Source: an uncultured Desulfosarcina sp.
GTDB taxonomy: Bacteria; Desulfobacterota; Desulfobacteria; Desulfobacterales; Desulfosarcinaceae
Length of the DNA stretch: 64,000 nt
Reading direction: 5' to 3'
NCBI GenBank assembly: GCA_963674945.2
Contig: CAXXWQ010000003.1
Location: 608,001 to 672,000 of the forward strand
Shown here: piece by piece, positions 42,356 through 53,000 of the stretch
Layout: each line of letters begins with the position of its first letter
Position numbering within the stretch: position 1 is the stretch's first letter
Made by a program: the position numbers and the translations under genes
Notes under the pieces: generated by a model
The model's database searches: none
Seen by the model: only the letters and a program-made list of their open reading frames with translations
Told to the model about the DNA's origin: nothing

Positions 42356-43354
42356 ATGAAAACCGTCAGCTCCCTCTTGGATGAACACTGGTACGCCAGG
42401 TACAAGCGGATCTCCAAGCTCAACATCAGAAGCTCCATCTACGATGTCACCAATCGATGCAATTTGCGATGCAAGGGGTGCTTCTTCTTCTCTTCCGGCG
42501 AACACCGGGTAGCCAAGGAGGAAATGGATATCACCCGATGGGAAGCCTTCGTGGACGAGGAGGTGGCCCGCGGCGTGAACCTGGCCATTTTAATCGGTGG
42601 TGAACCCACATTGTGCCTGGACCGGGTCGAAGCATTCTACAAACGGCTGCCCACCTTTTGCGCCACCAACGGCCTCATCAAGGTGCCACGGGACCGCCTT
42701 CCCGACATGATGGTGGGCATCAGTCTCTGGGGGGACGAGGAAGACGAGAAGCTGCTCAGGGGAAAAGACGCCTTTTCCATCTCCAGCAAAAACTATGAGG
42801 GAGACCCGCACACCTACTACCTGTATACCATCACCCCCAGGCAGCTTGGAAAGACCGAAAAAATCATCCGAAAGATACGAAACGCGGGCCTCAAGGTCCA
42901 CATGCAATTGCTCTCCAACGACGAAGGCGTAGACGGATTTAACTGGCGACCCGATGAGTTGGTCCAGATCCGCCAGGAGATGGACGAGGTACTCGACCGC
43001 TACCCGGAGACGGTCGTCTCCTGCAAGTACTACCATGAGATCATCACGACGGGAAAGATGCTCGGCAGATCCTTTGGTTGGATGGAATGCCCGTCGGTGA
43101 CAGCTCCCTTGGACAAACGTGATCCCAAACCGAAGCGACTGGCCAACTTCATCCGATGGGCTTCGGATCTTGAGACCATGCACCGATGCTGCACCTCCGA
43201 GACCCGGGACTGCGGCACCTGTAAGGACGGCGCGGCCCACATGAGTTGGGTGATGGTCAACAAACGCGCCCACATGAAGAGCACGAAGGATCTTTGCAAC
43301 TGGATCGAAATTTACGAAATGTTCGCCAAGCTCTATCAGTTTATTCCCTGGTAA
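42356..43354 (+). CDS. Radical SAM protein (paralog of the upstream gene)
   Basis: CNLRCKGC, GGEP and C-terminal CC....DC..C motifs. Confidence 0.9.
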   Translation: MKTVSSLLDEHWYARYKRISKLNIRSSIYDVTNRCNLRCKGCFFFSSGEHRVAKEEMDITRWEAFVDEEVARGVNLAILIGGEPTLCLDRVEAFYKRLPTFCATNGLIKVPRDRLPDMMVGISLWGDEEDEKLLRGKDAFSISSKNYEGDPHTYYLYTITPRQLGKTEKIIRKIRNAGLKVHMQLLSNDEGVDGFNWRPDELVQIRQEMDEVLDRYPETVVSCKYYHEIITTGKMLGRSFGWMECPSVTAPLDKRDPKPKRLANFIRWASDLETMHRCCTSETRDCGTCKDGAAHMSWVMVNKRAHMKSTKDLCNWIEIYEMFAKLYQFIPW

Positions 43355-43430
43355 TGGTTTCCATGAGACATCGACCTTTCGAGAATCCTTCCATCCGGCA
43401 TCACCGGTGCAACCGGGGCAGGTAGACACC

Positions 43431-44687
43431 ATGCCAAGGGACCCTCTTGTCATTCTCGGCTACGATGCCGTCTCCCCATTGGGGATTGCGCTGGATGAGC
43501 AGATGCGGCAAGGGCTTTCCGGAAAGTGCGGTATCGGTCCCCTCACCAGGTTCACACCCGACGACAATTTTCCCGTTCACATCGCCGGACAGGCGCCGGA
43601 TATCGACCACCTTCCCTACCCTTTTGTGACACCCCGGGAACAGGCGCGGTGGCCATCCCCCATTTTCAAATACGCCCTGCTCACCGTGACCCGTGCCTTG
43701 GAAAAAAGCGGCGTGGTCATCACCCCGGATCTCGCCCCCCGGACGGCGGTCACCTTCTCGAGTGCCGTCGGCGGGCTGGATGCCCTTCTCAATGCCGATC
43801 GGAACCTGCGGGATCGGGGCAAACTCCCGCCCCCCTTTGTCAATCCCAACGCCTGCATTAATATGGTGGGCGGAAAGGTCTCCATGCATACCGGCGCCAC
43901 GGGCCCCATCAGCGCCACCATCACGGCCTGTGCCACCGGGCTCACCTCCGTGATCATCGGCGGCATGCTCATCCTTGACAATCGCGCCGATCTGGCCATT
44001 TGCGGCGCCGTGGATTTTCCTTTGACCGAACCCATCGTGGCCGGATTCGGCACCATGGGCGGCGCCTTCATGCCGAAAGAGGGGGAGCCGGAGACGCCGC
44101 CGGAAAAGGCAAGCCGCCCCTTCTCCCACAACCGGCGCGGATTCGTAATATCCGAAGGGGCCGGCTGCATCCTCATCGCCAGAAAATCCTTTGCCAAGGC
44201 CCACGGCCTCTCCGTCAGCGTGGAAATCGCCGGCTGGGCCATGACCGCCGACGCGTTTCACCACGTGGCACCCAACCTTGAGACGGTCCAACGATGCATT
44301 GCCCAAAGCATCGAAAATGCCGGCATCAAACCCAGTCGCATCGACTCGGTCAATGCCCACGCCGCCTCCACCCGAATCGGCGATCAGGTGGAGGCCGAGG
44401 CCCTGCTTCGCGTGTTCGATGGACACCTGCCGCCGATCACGGCGAACAAATCCATGATCGGCCATGCCATGGGCGCCTCTTCCGCCATCGAATCGATCTT
44501 GGCCGCGGAAGCCATGACAAGGGGCATGGTGCTTCCCACCATCAACTATGAGGCGGATCCGGCATTGGGCATCGACAGCGTGGTCACGACCGGGCAGCAG
44601 CTGGACCAGACCTATGTCTTGAAGAACGCATTCGGCTTCGGCGGATGCAATGTGTGTGTGGTGTTTAAGCGGGCGGATGGTGATTGA
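43431..44687 (+). CDS. Beta-ketoacyl-ACP synthase (FabF-like)
   Basis: TACATG, NAHAAST, KSMIGHAMGA and NAFGFGG motifs. Confidence 0.92.
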   Translation: MPRDPLVILGYDAVSPLGIALDEQMRQGLSGKCGIGPLTRFTPDDNFPVHIAGQAPDIDHLPYPFVTPREQARWPSPIFKYALLTVTRALEKSGVVITPDLAPRTAVTFSSAVGGLDALLNADRNLRDRGKLPPPFVNPNACINMVGGKVSMHTGATGPISATITACATGLTSVIIGGMLILDNRADLAICGAVDFPLTEPIVAGFGTMGGAFMPKEGEPETPPEKASRPFSHNRRGFVISEGAGCILIARKSFAKAHGLSVSVEIAGWAMTADAFHHVAPNLETVQRCIAQSIENAGIKPSRIDSVNAHAASTRIGDQVEAEALLRVFDGHLPPITANKSMIGHAMGASSAIESILAAEAMTRGMVLPTINYEADPALGIDSVVTTGQQLDQTYVLKNAFGFGGCNVCVVFKRADGD

Positions 44688-44737
44688 AAATATGGGGGAT
44701 TATTTATTGTTTGAGATAAATCGTGATTAAAAACGAA

Positions 44738-44841
44738 GTTTTAAGTGTTACGTGGTTAAGTGTTAAGTTAAGGTATGCTGCCTATTTAGATAAAATCGAT
44801 TACAATCCTTCCCTTAACACTTAAAACTTAATACTTAACAC
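44738..44841. repeat. Inverted pair of heptamer arrays (gtgttaa ... ttaacac) around an AT-rich core
   Basis: gttttaa gtgttac gtggttaa gtgttaa ... ttaacac ttaaaac ttaatac ttaacac. Confidence 0.8.
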
Positions 44842-44903
44842 GTTCCCCATAAACGAAAAGCTTTGAAAATGAGTATACACCACCCGAATAGAACAAAAGA
44901 TAC

Positions 44904-46169
44904 ATGAAAAAACCACAAAACAGACGCGTATTTGTCGTCGGCTACGACGCGGTTTCCTGCCTGGGAAACACCTTTGCGGAGACGTGGCGGCGGGCCACGG
45001 CCGGCCAGGCCGGTTTCACACGGCTCACGCGCTGCGAGACCACCTCGCGCAGCAACGTAGTAGGGGAAATTCCCCAATGGAATCCCGCGGCACTGCCCTA
45101 TATCGATAAAATGGACGGTCGCAACTGGGACGCGGATTACGTGCTGCTTACCATGGTGCTCTGCAAACGTGCCGTGGAACACGCGGGGCTCGAAATAGAC
45201 GAGCAGACCGGCCCCAGGACCGCCTGTCTCATCGGATCGGCGCTCAATGGCACCGACGCCTACCGCAAGGCCGTGTCCAACTACCTGGGCCAGGGCCCCA
45301 CAAAGGTCAGCCCCTACCTTCTTCCCAACCTGTGCGCCAATCTGCCGGCGGGAAAGGTCGGCATGATGCTGGGATTTACCGGCCCCATCTTCTCACCCCA
45401 GGGGGCATGCGCATCGGGCAACCATGCCATCGGCATCGGCGCCCGCATGATCCGGGACGGAGATTGCGATTTTGTGCTGGCGGGTGGCGTGGAAACATGC
45501 CTCACCCCGGAAATCATACAGGGATTTGCCAACATGTGGGCCACCATCAAGGTAGGTCCCAACGACCGGGCGTTTGAGGACCCGTCCCAGGCCTCCCGGC
45601 CCTTCTCCGTGGACCGGCGGGGCATCGTCCTCGCCGAAGGTGGGGGGGTACTGGTGCTGGCCGCCGAAGAGGCGGTACGCGACCACGGACTCACCCCAAG
45701 GGCCGAGGTGTTGGGTGTGGGCTGGACATCCGATGCGCACCACTTCACCCTGCCAAACGAAGCGACCATCGTTAAGGCCATCCGTGATGCCATCGAAGAT
45801 GCCCAGATCCCGCCCACGGAGATCGGCTATGTGAACGCCCACGGCACTTCCACCATAAAAGGGGATGCAGTGGAGATCCAGAGCCTTCGACAAGTGTTCG
45901 GAAAAAAGCTCTCCACCATCCTGGTATCGTCCAACAAGTCCCAGATCGGTCACACCTTAGGGGCTTCCGCTGCGATCGAAGCGGCGCTTTCCATCGAGGG
46001 AATGCAAAAAGGCGTGGTGTTGCCCACGGTCAACCACATCCCGGACCCCCAATTTGACGACGTGGATGTGGTGCCCAACGAGGCGCGTCGACACGATCAT
46101 CACACCATCTTGTCCAACGCCTTTGGTTTCGGCGGGACAAACTGCTGCATCGTCTTTCGAAAGGTATGA
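44904..46169 (+). CDS. Beta-ketoacyl-ACP synthase (FabF-like)
   Basis: GACASG, NAHGTST, KSQIGHTLGA and NAFGFGGTN motifs. Confidence 0.93.
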   Translation: MKKPQNRRVFVVGYDAVSCLGNTFAETWRRATAGQAGFTRLTRCETTSRSNVVGEIPQWNPAALPYIDKMDGRNWDADYVLLTMVLCKRAVEHAGLEIDEQTGPRTACLIGSALNGTDAYRKAVSNYLGQGPTKVSPYLLPNLCANLPAGKVGMMLGFTGPIFSPQGACASGNHAIGIGARMIRDGDCDFVLAGGVETCLTPEIIQGFANMWATIKVGPNDRAFEDPSQASRPFSVDRRGIVLAEGGGVLVLAAEEAVRDHGLTPRAEVLGVGWTSDAHHFTLPNEATIVKAIRDAIEDAQIPPTEIGYVNAHGTSTIKGDAVEIQSLRQVFGKKLSTILVSSNKSQIGHTLGASAAIEAALSIEGMQKGVVLPTVNHIPDPQFDDVDVVPNEARRHDHHTILSNAFGFGGTNCCIVFRKV

Positions 46170-46170
46170 G

Positions 46171-46653
46171 ATGAGACCCAAGCCATTCGTTCCGGAACCG
46201 GTCAATGGACAGCCGCGATTTGTCCGGGATCGTACCAGCGGTCTGGTCTGGCATCGATGCGAGACCCGTACCCTCTATGCGGACACGGACCGATCCCAGG
46301 TGGTCTACCATGCCAATTACCTTCGCTACTTCGAATTCGGCAGGGCCACCCTCATGCGAGACGTGGCCTACCCCTACCGGGAGGTAGAGGCCGGCGGTTT
46401 TCTCTATCCCATCATCAAGGTGGACATCGACTACTACCGGCCGCTTCACTACGACGAGGCCATGTGGGTCCATACCCGCCCCGCCAAGCTGGAACGGGTC
46501 CGGCTCCAGTTCGACTATGTGATCACCCACGTGGAATCCGGCGACATCGTGTGCAAGGGATTCACCCGCCATTGTGCCGTCAACGCCTCGGGCACCCCGG
46601 TGGGGGTGGACCCGAAAACCGTCCGCCTCTGGGAGGTCTTCCCGGAACCGTGA
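46171..46653 (+). CDS. Acyl-CoA/ACP thioesterase (YbgC-like)
   Basis: YADTD..VVYHANYLRYFE.GR motif. Confidence 0.9.
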   Translation: MRPKPFVPEPVNGQPRFVRDRTSGLVWHRCETRTLYADTDRSQVVYHANYLRYFEFGRATLMRDVAYPYREVEAGGFLYPIIKVDIDYYRPLHYDEAMWVHTRPAKLERVRLQFDYVITHVESGDIVCKGFTRHCAVNASGTPVGVDPKTVRLWEVFPEP

Positions 46654-48149
46654 AGCCTGCCCTCCATCCCATATCACTTGCGTATCCGCCCTTTTTCCAG
46701 GACCACCACGTCGGGGGCCGGCCTGTATTGGCGGCAATGGAGGCCATGGAGCTTCTGGCGAAAAACCTCTGTCGGCGATTTCCGGGACACGAATGCCGGG
46801 ATCTGACCGAAATCCGATTCGATAAATTCCTCTATCTGGAAGAGAAAGCGCCCCGCCATCTCTTCCACGAAACGACCCGGACCGGCGATGGTACTCTTCG
46901 CACGACCTTGACCACCCGTTTTCGATCACCAAATGCCCGAATCCGTCGCACCCTGACCCACGCCGGCCTGACGGTGGGCCGGGGAATACCGGAATTGCCC
47001 CGGTACCCCATGGAATCCGCTGCAAGCCTGACCAATCCCTGCGTCCGGGTGGATCCGGACCGGATCTACCGGGATATGGTTCCCTTTGGCCCGGCATATC
47101 GAAACATCGTCACGCCGCTGTTGATCTCCCCGGACGGCGCCCTGGCCCGGGTGGGGTCGCCGGTTGCGCAGGATCCACGCGCCGATCTGTTGCTGGGATC
47201 GCCATATGTCCCGGACGCGGCCCTTCACGCCTGCTGCGTCTGGTGCCAGCGCTATCACGGCATCGTGACCTTCCCCGTATCCATGGATCGACGCACGGTC
47301 ATACGCCCCACACGGATGGATGACCGCTACACGGCACGGGTGGTGCCCAAAAAGATCGACGGAGAAATCTTTTGGTTCGACGTTCATATCTACGACGATG
47401 ACGGCAACCTTCGGGAATGGATGACGGATGTCTGCATGAAAGACGTCAGCGGCGGCCGGTTGAAACCGCCGGATGGATTCCGGCAGCCCGCCGCGGATGC
47501 GCCCCTGGACACCCTGGCGAAACATCTTCGGGGCCTGATTCTCGTGGAACGCGACGCACTCGCGCCCTTTGCCGAAAAGGCCTTGTCGGAAAAAGAGCAG
47601 CGGCGCCTTACCCCCATGGTCCCGGACCGTGCCGGGGAATACTTGTCGGCCCGGGTGGCCCTCAAGCGTCTGAGCCGGCGGCTCTCACCGGAGGGAGATC
47701 GCCGGCACGCCGGGGACATCGAGACCGTTGCCGAAGATGGCGTCCGCCCCCAATGCCCCTTGGGTGACGGAACCACCCCCTTTTGCAGCGTCGCCCACGA
47801 CCGTCGCTTCACCATCGCCGTCTGTGCCGATCATCGGGTAGGTGTGGATGTGGAACCCGAGAACCGGTCTCCCGGTAGGGCCCTGCATCTTTTTACCGAT
47901 GCCGATGAACGGGCCGTGATCGATTCGGCCGGATTCGATCGGACGGCGGGCGCCCTTCGCATCTGGAGCGTCAAGGAGGCAGCGGCCAAGGCACTGGGAA
48001 TGGATCTGTCCGAAGCATGGGAGCGTGTGCGTGCCACAATGGTCGCCTCCGGATGCACCCGACTTTCCGTGGATGGGGAAAAACCGCTTTCGGCCCGCCA
48101 CGTTTCTCTGGAAGGTCACCTCTTCACCCTGTTGGAGGTTCTCCCGTGA
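46650..48149 (+). CDS. PKS-type dehydratase domain fused to an Sfp-type 4'-phosphopantetheinyl transferase
   Basis: DHHVGGRPVL, FGP.Y and DAALH (DH); SVAH, VGVDVE and WSVKEAAAKALG (PPTase). Confidence 0.8.
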   Translation: MKPALHPISLAYPPFFQDHHVGGRPVLAAMEAMELLAKNLCRRFPGHECRDLTEIRFDKFLYLEEKAPRHLFHETTRTGDGTLRTTLTTRFRSPNARIRRTLTHAGLTVGRGIPELPRYPMESAASLTNPCVRVDPDRIYRDMVPFGPAYRNIVTPLLISPDGALARVGSPVAQDPRADLLLGSPYVPDAALHACCVWCQRYHGIVTFPVSMDRRTVIRPTRMDDRYTARVVPKKIDGEIFWFDVHIYDDDGNLREWMTDVCMKDVSGGRLKPPDGFRQPAADAPLDTLAKHLRGLILVERDALAPFAEKALSEKEQRRLTPMVPDRAGEYLSARVALKRLSRRLSPEGDRRHAGDIETVAEDGVRPQCPLGDGTTPFCSVAHDRRFTIAVCADHRVGVDVEPENRSPGRALHLFTDADERAVIDSAGFDRTAGALRIWSVKEAAAKALGMDLSEAWERVRATMVASGCTRLSVDGEKPLSARHVSLEGHLFTLLEVLP

Positions 48150-48727
48150 CAACGATTGCGATGTTTGTCGCCATGTTCGCCATCGCCTATGTGGCAGGTT
48201 CAATCAACTTTTCCATCCTGGTGTTTCGTCTCACGGGCCGTGACGATCCACGAAACCACGGCAGCGGCAATCCCGGTGCCACCAATGTCTACCGGCAGGC
48301 GGGACTCGGCTGGGCCGCGGCGGTTCTGCTCCTGGACATGGGGCGTGCCGTGGCCGTGGCCCTTTTGGCCAGGGCCAATCTACCGTTCTGGCAGGTTCCC
48401 TGGGTGGGATTGGGACTGATTCTGGGCAATCGCTTTCCCTGTTTTCACAGGTTTACGGGGGGAAAGGGGGTGGCCAACTATCTGGGATTCACCCTGGCCA
48501 TCGCGCCGCTTTCCGCCGGCATCGGGGTGCTTGCCTGGGCGGGCGCGCATTTGATCTGGCGAACGCCTTTTCTTTCATCCTTTGCCATGGTCTTTGTGCT
48601 GGCCGCGGGAACCGCTATGGGAGGATCGGGCCAATGGCAGGAAACCGTCGGCATCGGAGCGACCGTTCTTTTCATCGTGGCCTGCCACCACAGGAACATC
48701 CGGCAACGATGGAGACGGCAAGGGTAA
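48146..48727 (+). CDS. plsY: Glycerol-3-phosphate acyltransferase (PlsY family)
   Basis: GSGNPGATNVYR, GGKGVA and H..NI motifs. Confidence 0.9.
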   Translation: MTTIAMFVAMFAIAYVAGSINFSILVFRLTGRDDPRNHGSGNPGATNVYRQAGLGWAAAVLLLDMGRAVAVALLARANLPFWQVPWVGLGLILGNRFPCFHRFTGGKGVANYLGFTLAIAPLSAGIGVLAWAGAHLIWRTPFLSSFAMVFVLAAGTAMGGSGQWQETVGIGATVLFIVACHHRNIRQRWRRQG

Positions 48728-49117
48728 TCCACAGTGAGCCATGAGCCGCGCCATGCCCTGGCAGACGGCCCAGCGAAAAAAAATCCAGGAGTATTTGGCG
48801 CCGGCCAGGTACATGCCCGCCAAGAATACGAGGTGGGAAATTCCATAGGCCAACGGTCCGCCCACGACGACGATGGCGGCCTGCTGATAGTGAACGGCGG
48901 CGATGCCGAGCAGGCCGATGAGGGGCCATCCCAGAAGATAGCTCAGGCCGATGGCCGATACGCCAAGGAGCACACGAAGATCCGGAGGCCGTCGAAAGGC
49001 GGAGAGATCCGCCCGGTCGGCAATGGCAGATCGCACGAAACCAACCTTCGATATACGAAAAACGATGGGTTTTGCCAGAGAGGACAAAATGTCCGGGATA
49101 TTTTTCCAGGCGTCCAT
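48575..49117 (-). CDS. Hypothetical membrane protein (3' end overlaps plsY)
   Basis: Two to three hydrophobic segments (SYLLGWP, GGPLAYGISHLVFLAG); fills the gap between plsY and the GT25 gene. Confidence 0.6.
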   Translation of the reverse strand: MDAWKNIPDILSSLAKPIVFRISKVGFVRSAIADRADLSAFRRPPDLRVLLGVSAIGLSYLLGWPLIGLLGIAAVHYQQAAIVVVGGPLAYGISHLVFLAGMYLAGAKYSWIFFRWAVCQGMARLMAHCGLPLPSPSLPDVPVVAGHDEKNGRSDADGFLPLARSSHSGSRGQHKDHGKG

Positions 49118-49261
49118 GAACACTCGTGAGTTACGGTTCGATCGCAGCAGTCAGCTTTCAGCAAATGGCTAATCGCTCCAGTACGAGAAAATAACGCACA
49201 ATGGATAAAAATCAAAGCCACAAAACAGTCGGCCGCCCCAAACCGGCCATTGAATCGTAAG

Positions 49262-50008
49262 ATGCAAGAATTGTCCGCCACCGACAACCGGACCGGCCGA
49301 CTCTCCGAAATCTGGGGACGAATCGACAGGATTTTCTGTATCTCCCTGAAAGAGAGAAAGGATCGTCAGGAGAGCGCCGGAAAGCAATTCGCCCGGGCAG
49401 GGCTTTCGGGCCATGTGGACTTTTTCCTGACCCGGCGCCACCCCGACGATTGTGAACAGGGGATCTTCGAGTCCCATCAGCACTGCCTTGCACGTGCCCT
49501 GGAAAAAGATGCGCGGCACGTCCTCATCTTCGAAGACGATGTAATTTTCTCCCGCATCGACCCGGTCCGTCTTTCTGCCGCCATCGATGCATTCATGGAC
49601 CGGGATGACTGCCAGATTCTCTTTCTGGGATGCCTGTGTGAAAAAAGCCGGAAATCGGACATGCCCGGCATTCGAAAAATCCGATACGCCTGCCTGGCCC
49701 ACGCCTACCTGGTCAAGGAGAAGCTGGCCAGACGAATATGCGGACAGTCCTGGGAAAAAACGCCCTATGACAACATGCTGCGTCAGTGCATGGACTGGGC
49801 CTGGGTCATGTTTCCGTCCATTGCCTTTCAGAGCAATTCGCCTTCGGACAACACCCGGCACGCTCTTCTGGAAAACGTCCGGCGCCTCTTCGGCGGCCTG
49901 AAAACCATCCAGATTGTCAACGAACGCTACCACCGGTTCCGGGCACCGATCATCGCGTTTCACCTGTTGATCGTTTCCGCGCTGATCCTGTGGATGGTCT
50001 TGCCATGA
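49262..50008 (+). CDS. Glycosyltransferase family 25-like protein
   Basis: FCISL..R.DR, G...SH, LIFEDD and AHAY motifs; C-terminal TM helix. Confidence 0.82.
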   Translation: MQELSATDNRTGRLSEIWGRIDRIFCISLKERKDRQESAGKQFARAGLSGHVDFFLTRRHPDDCEQGIFESHQHCLARALEKDARHVLIFEDDVIFSRIDPVRLSAAIDAFMDRDDCQILFLGCLCEKSRKSDMPGIRKIRYACLAHAYLVKEKLARRICGQSWEKTPYDNMLRQCMDWAWVMFPSIAFQSNSPSDNTRHALLENVRRLFGGLKTIQIVNERYHRFRAPIIAFHLLIVSALILWMVLP

Positions 50009-53000
50009 AACGCAACCGTTCCATCAACATCACCATGCTGGCAAGTGTGATCATCGTCGCCGCCATTCTCCTTTTCGTCGCCCTCTCCCGCCTTACCATC
50101 GAAACGGACATCGTCGCCAGCCTGCCCACGGATGACCCGGTAATCGCAGACGGCGTCCACATCTTCGAAAACAATCCCGTCAAGGATCAGATCGCCATCG
50201 ACATCGGCAACGACACGGGAGACCGCAAGGCCCTTATGGCCGCTGCAACGCTCGTCGAGACGCATCTATTGAAAAGCGATCTGTTCGAAAAAGTCGGCTA
50301 TGAGCCCGTTGCCCGGGGGCTGGCCGCGCTGTCGGATCATGTCATGAACAGCCTGCCCGTTCTGTTTGCCGCCGACGAACTGCAAACGAAGGTGGCGCCC
50401 CTGCTTTCCGAAGCCGCCATCGGAAAGTCACTGGCCGACGCACGAGACCGGCTCTACCAGATGGACGGCATCGGCCAGGCGTCGGCCATATCCGCCGATC
50501 CGCTGGGATTTTCCCATCTCCTCCTTTCCCGTTTGACCGCGCTGAATCCCGCTCCGGGCGCATCCATCTCCAAGGGACACATTCTATCGGCCGACGGACA
50601 CCATCTGCTGGTGCTGGCCACGCCCGCCGGATCGGGAACGGACACGAAGCTGGCCAGGGATCTGACCCGATTTTTCCAGGACCTGGAATCGGCCGTGGCC
50701 CTTCGATGCGGCGACGATATACGCCTTACACCCACCGGCGCCTTCCGGGCGGCCCTGGACAACGAAACCATCGTCCGGTCCGACGTGAACCGGGCCATCG
50801 TGTGGGCCACCGTGGGCATCGGCCTGCTTCTGCTCTCGGCCTTTTCCCGCCCCCTCATGGGCCTTCTCGCCCTTCTTCCGGCCCTTGCCGGGACGGTCAT
50901 GGCCCTCTTTTTCTTTTCCCTGGTCCACGACAGCATCTCCATCATGGTGCTGGGTTTCGGCGGCGCCGTCATCTCCATCACCGTCGATCACGGCATCGCC
51001 TACATGCTCTTTGTGGATGGTGGGGGCGCCTGGAACCAAAAAGCGGCATCCCGGGAGATTCGGGCCGTGGGACTGCTGGCGGTTCTCACCTCCGTCGGTG
51101 CATTCACCGTGCTGGCCTTTTCCGGTTTCGCCGTCTTCGAACAGCTGGGCTGGTTTACCGCATCGGGGATCGGCTGTGCCTTTGCATTCGTCCACCTCGT
51201 GCAACCCAGGCTCCTGATCACATCCGAGAGGGCCACGACGCCTGCCCGGAAACGCTTTTCCATGATCGTGGACCGGCTGGCATCCACCGGTATCGTCGGG
51301 CTGACACTGGCCGCTCTCCTGGCAGTGGTGCTGGCCTTTTTTATTCGTCCCCATTTCAACACCGATCTTACGGCCATGAACACGGTCAGCGAAAAGACGC
51401 GCGCCGCCGACCGGTTGATGGCCGACGTCTGGGGCGATATCTTCTCCAATGTCTACCTGATGAACGAAGCGGACGATCCGGCGGCACTTGCAGAAAAAAA
51501 TGACAGGATACAGCGTGTGCTGGAAAACGAATCGACCGCCGGCCGCATCGGCCCCGTGGTCACCCCCGCTCTTTTCTTCCCAGGACCGGACCGCCGGGAA
51601 AAAAATCTTACCGACTGGCGCCGGTTCTGGACCCGGGAGCGGACCCGGCGTGTCATCGAGACGGTGAAACGAGAAGGCCGGGCTCTTGGATTTGCCGATA
51701 CGGCCTTCGAACCATTTTTCGACCGCCTGACCCATCCAACGGTGAAAAATTTCAGCATGGGACCTGCAATACGGGCCCTGATGGGCATCGCCCACGATTC
51801 GTCCGACGGAAAGTGGCGGCAGGTCACCCGGGTCCTCCCCCGCGACACCTTCAATCATCAGGCGTTTTACGACCGCGTGTCCGCCTCATGTGCCGTGTTC
51901 GACCCCGTACTCTTTTCCCGGCACATGGGGGACCTTCTTTTCTCCACCTTCATGAAGATGCTGCTGATCATCGCGGCAAGCCTGATTGTCCTGATCTCTC
52001 TCTTTTTCGTTGACGCGGGGCTCGTACTCATCTCTTTGCTGCCCCTTTCCTTTGCCTTCGTCTGCACCCTGGGCACCCTGGGAATCATGGACCGGCCCCT
52101 GGACATCCCGTCCCTCATGCTGTCGGTGGTCATCCTGGGAATGGGCGTTGATTATACCTTGTTTCTGGTTCGGGGCTACCAGCGCTACCGGCGTTTCGAC
52201 CATCCGGGATTCGCCGTGGTCCGAACGGCGGTGGCCATGGCCGCGGGTTCCACCCTCATCGGCTTCGCCGTGCTGGTGGGTGCCGATCATGACCTTCTCA
52301 AAAGCGCGGGATGGATCTGTCTTTGCGGCATCGGCTACTGTCTGGCGGGCGCCTTTCTGATCCTTCCCCCATTTTTACGGAAACGATTCGAAGCGCCCGT
52401 GGACGACACGGGTGGAATCGAGAGACGATACAGGAACATGGAGCCTTACCCGCGCCTCTTCGCCCGGTTCAAACGGCGGTTGGACCCCCTGTTCGACGAA
52501 ATTGCCCATCTGGTGCCGGCGGACAACACTCTTTCCCATATCCTGGACATCGGTTGCGGCTACGGTGTTCCGGCCTGCTGGATGGCCGAACGCTTTCCCG
52601 GGGCCGTGATCCACGGCATCGAACCGAAACCGGAACGGGTACGGGTGGCGGCCCTGGCCCTCGGCGACCGCGGCCAAATCGTGGTCGGCGCGGCCCCCGA
52701 CCTGCCGCCGGTGGATGCGCCGATGGACCTGGCCACCTTGTTGGACATGAGCCACTACCTGACGGATCGTCAGTTGGAGACGACGCTGGAGTGCATCCGC
52801 AGCCACCTGTCGCCCAAAGGAACGCTGATCGTTCGATCGGTGATGCCCCCTTTTGCCCGGCCCCACTGGACCTGGTACCTGGAACATGTCAAACTTCGCA
52901 TCAATGGAATTCGTGTTTGCTATCGGCGCCCGGATCAGGTAGAAAAAATTTTTCGTAAGTGCGGATTCGAGGTCGTACAGAGCCTTTCTTCAGGAAAGCG

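Noticed and set aside
43431..46169. KS / chain-length-factor heterodimer as in aromatic type II PKS
   Set aside because: Both proteins keep the catalytic Cys-His-His triad, so neither is an obvious inactive CLF.
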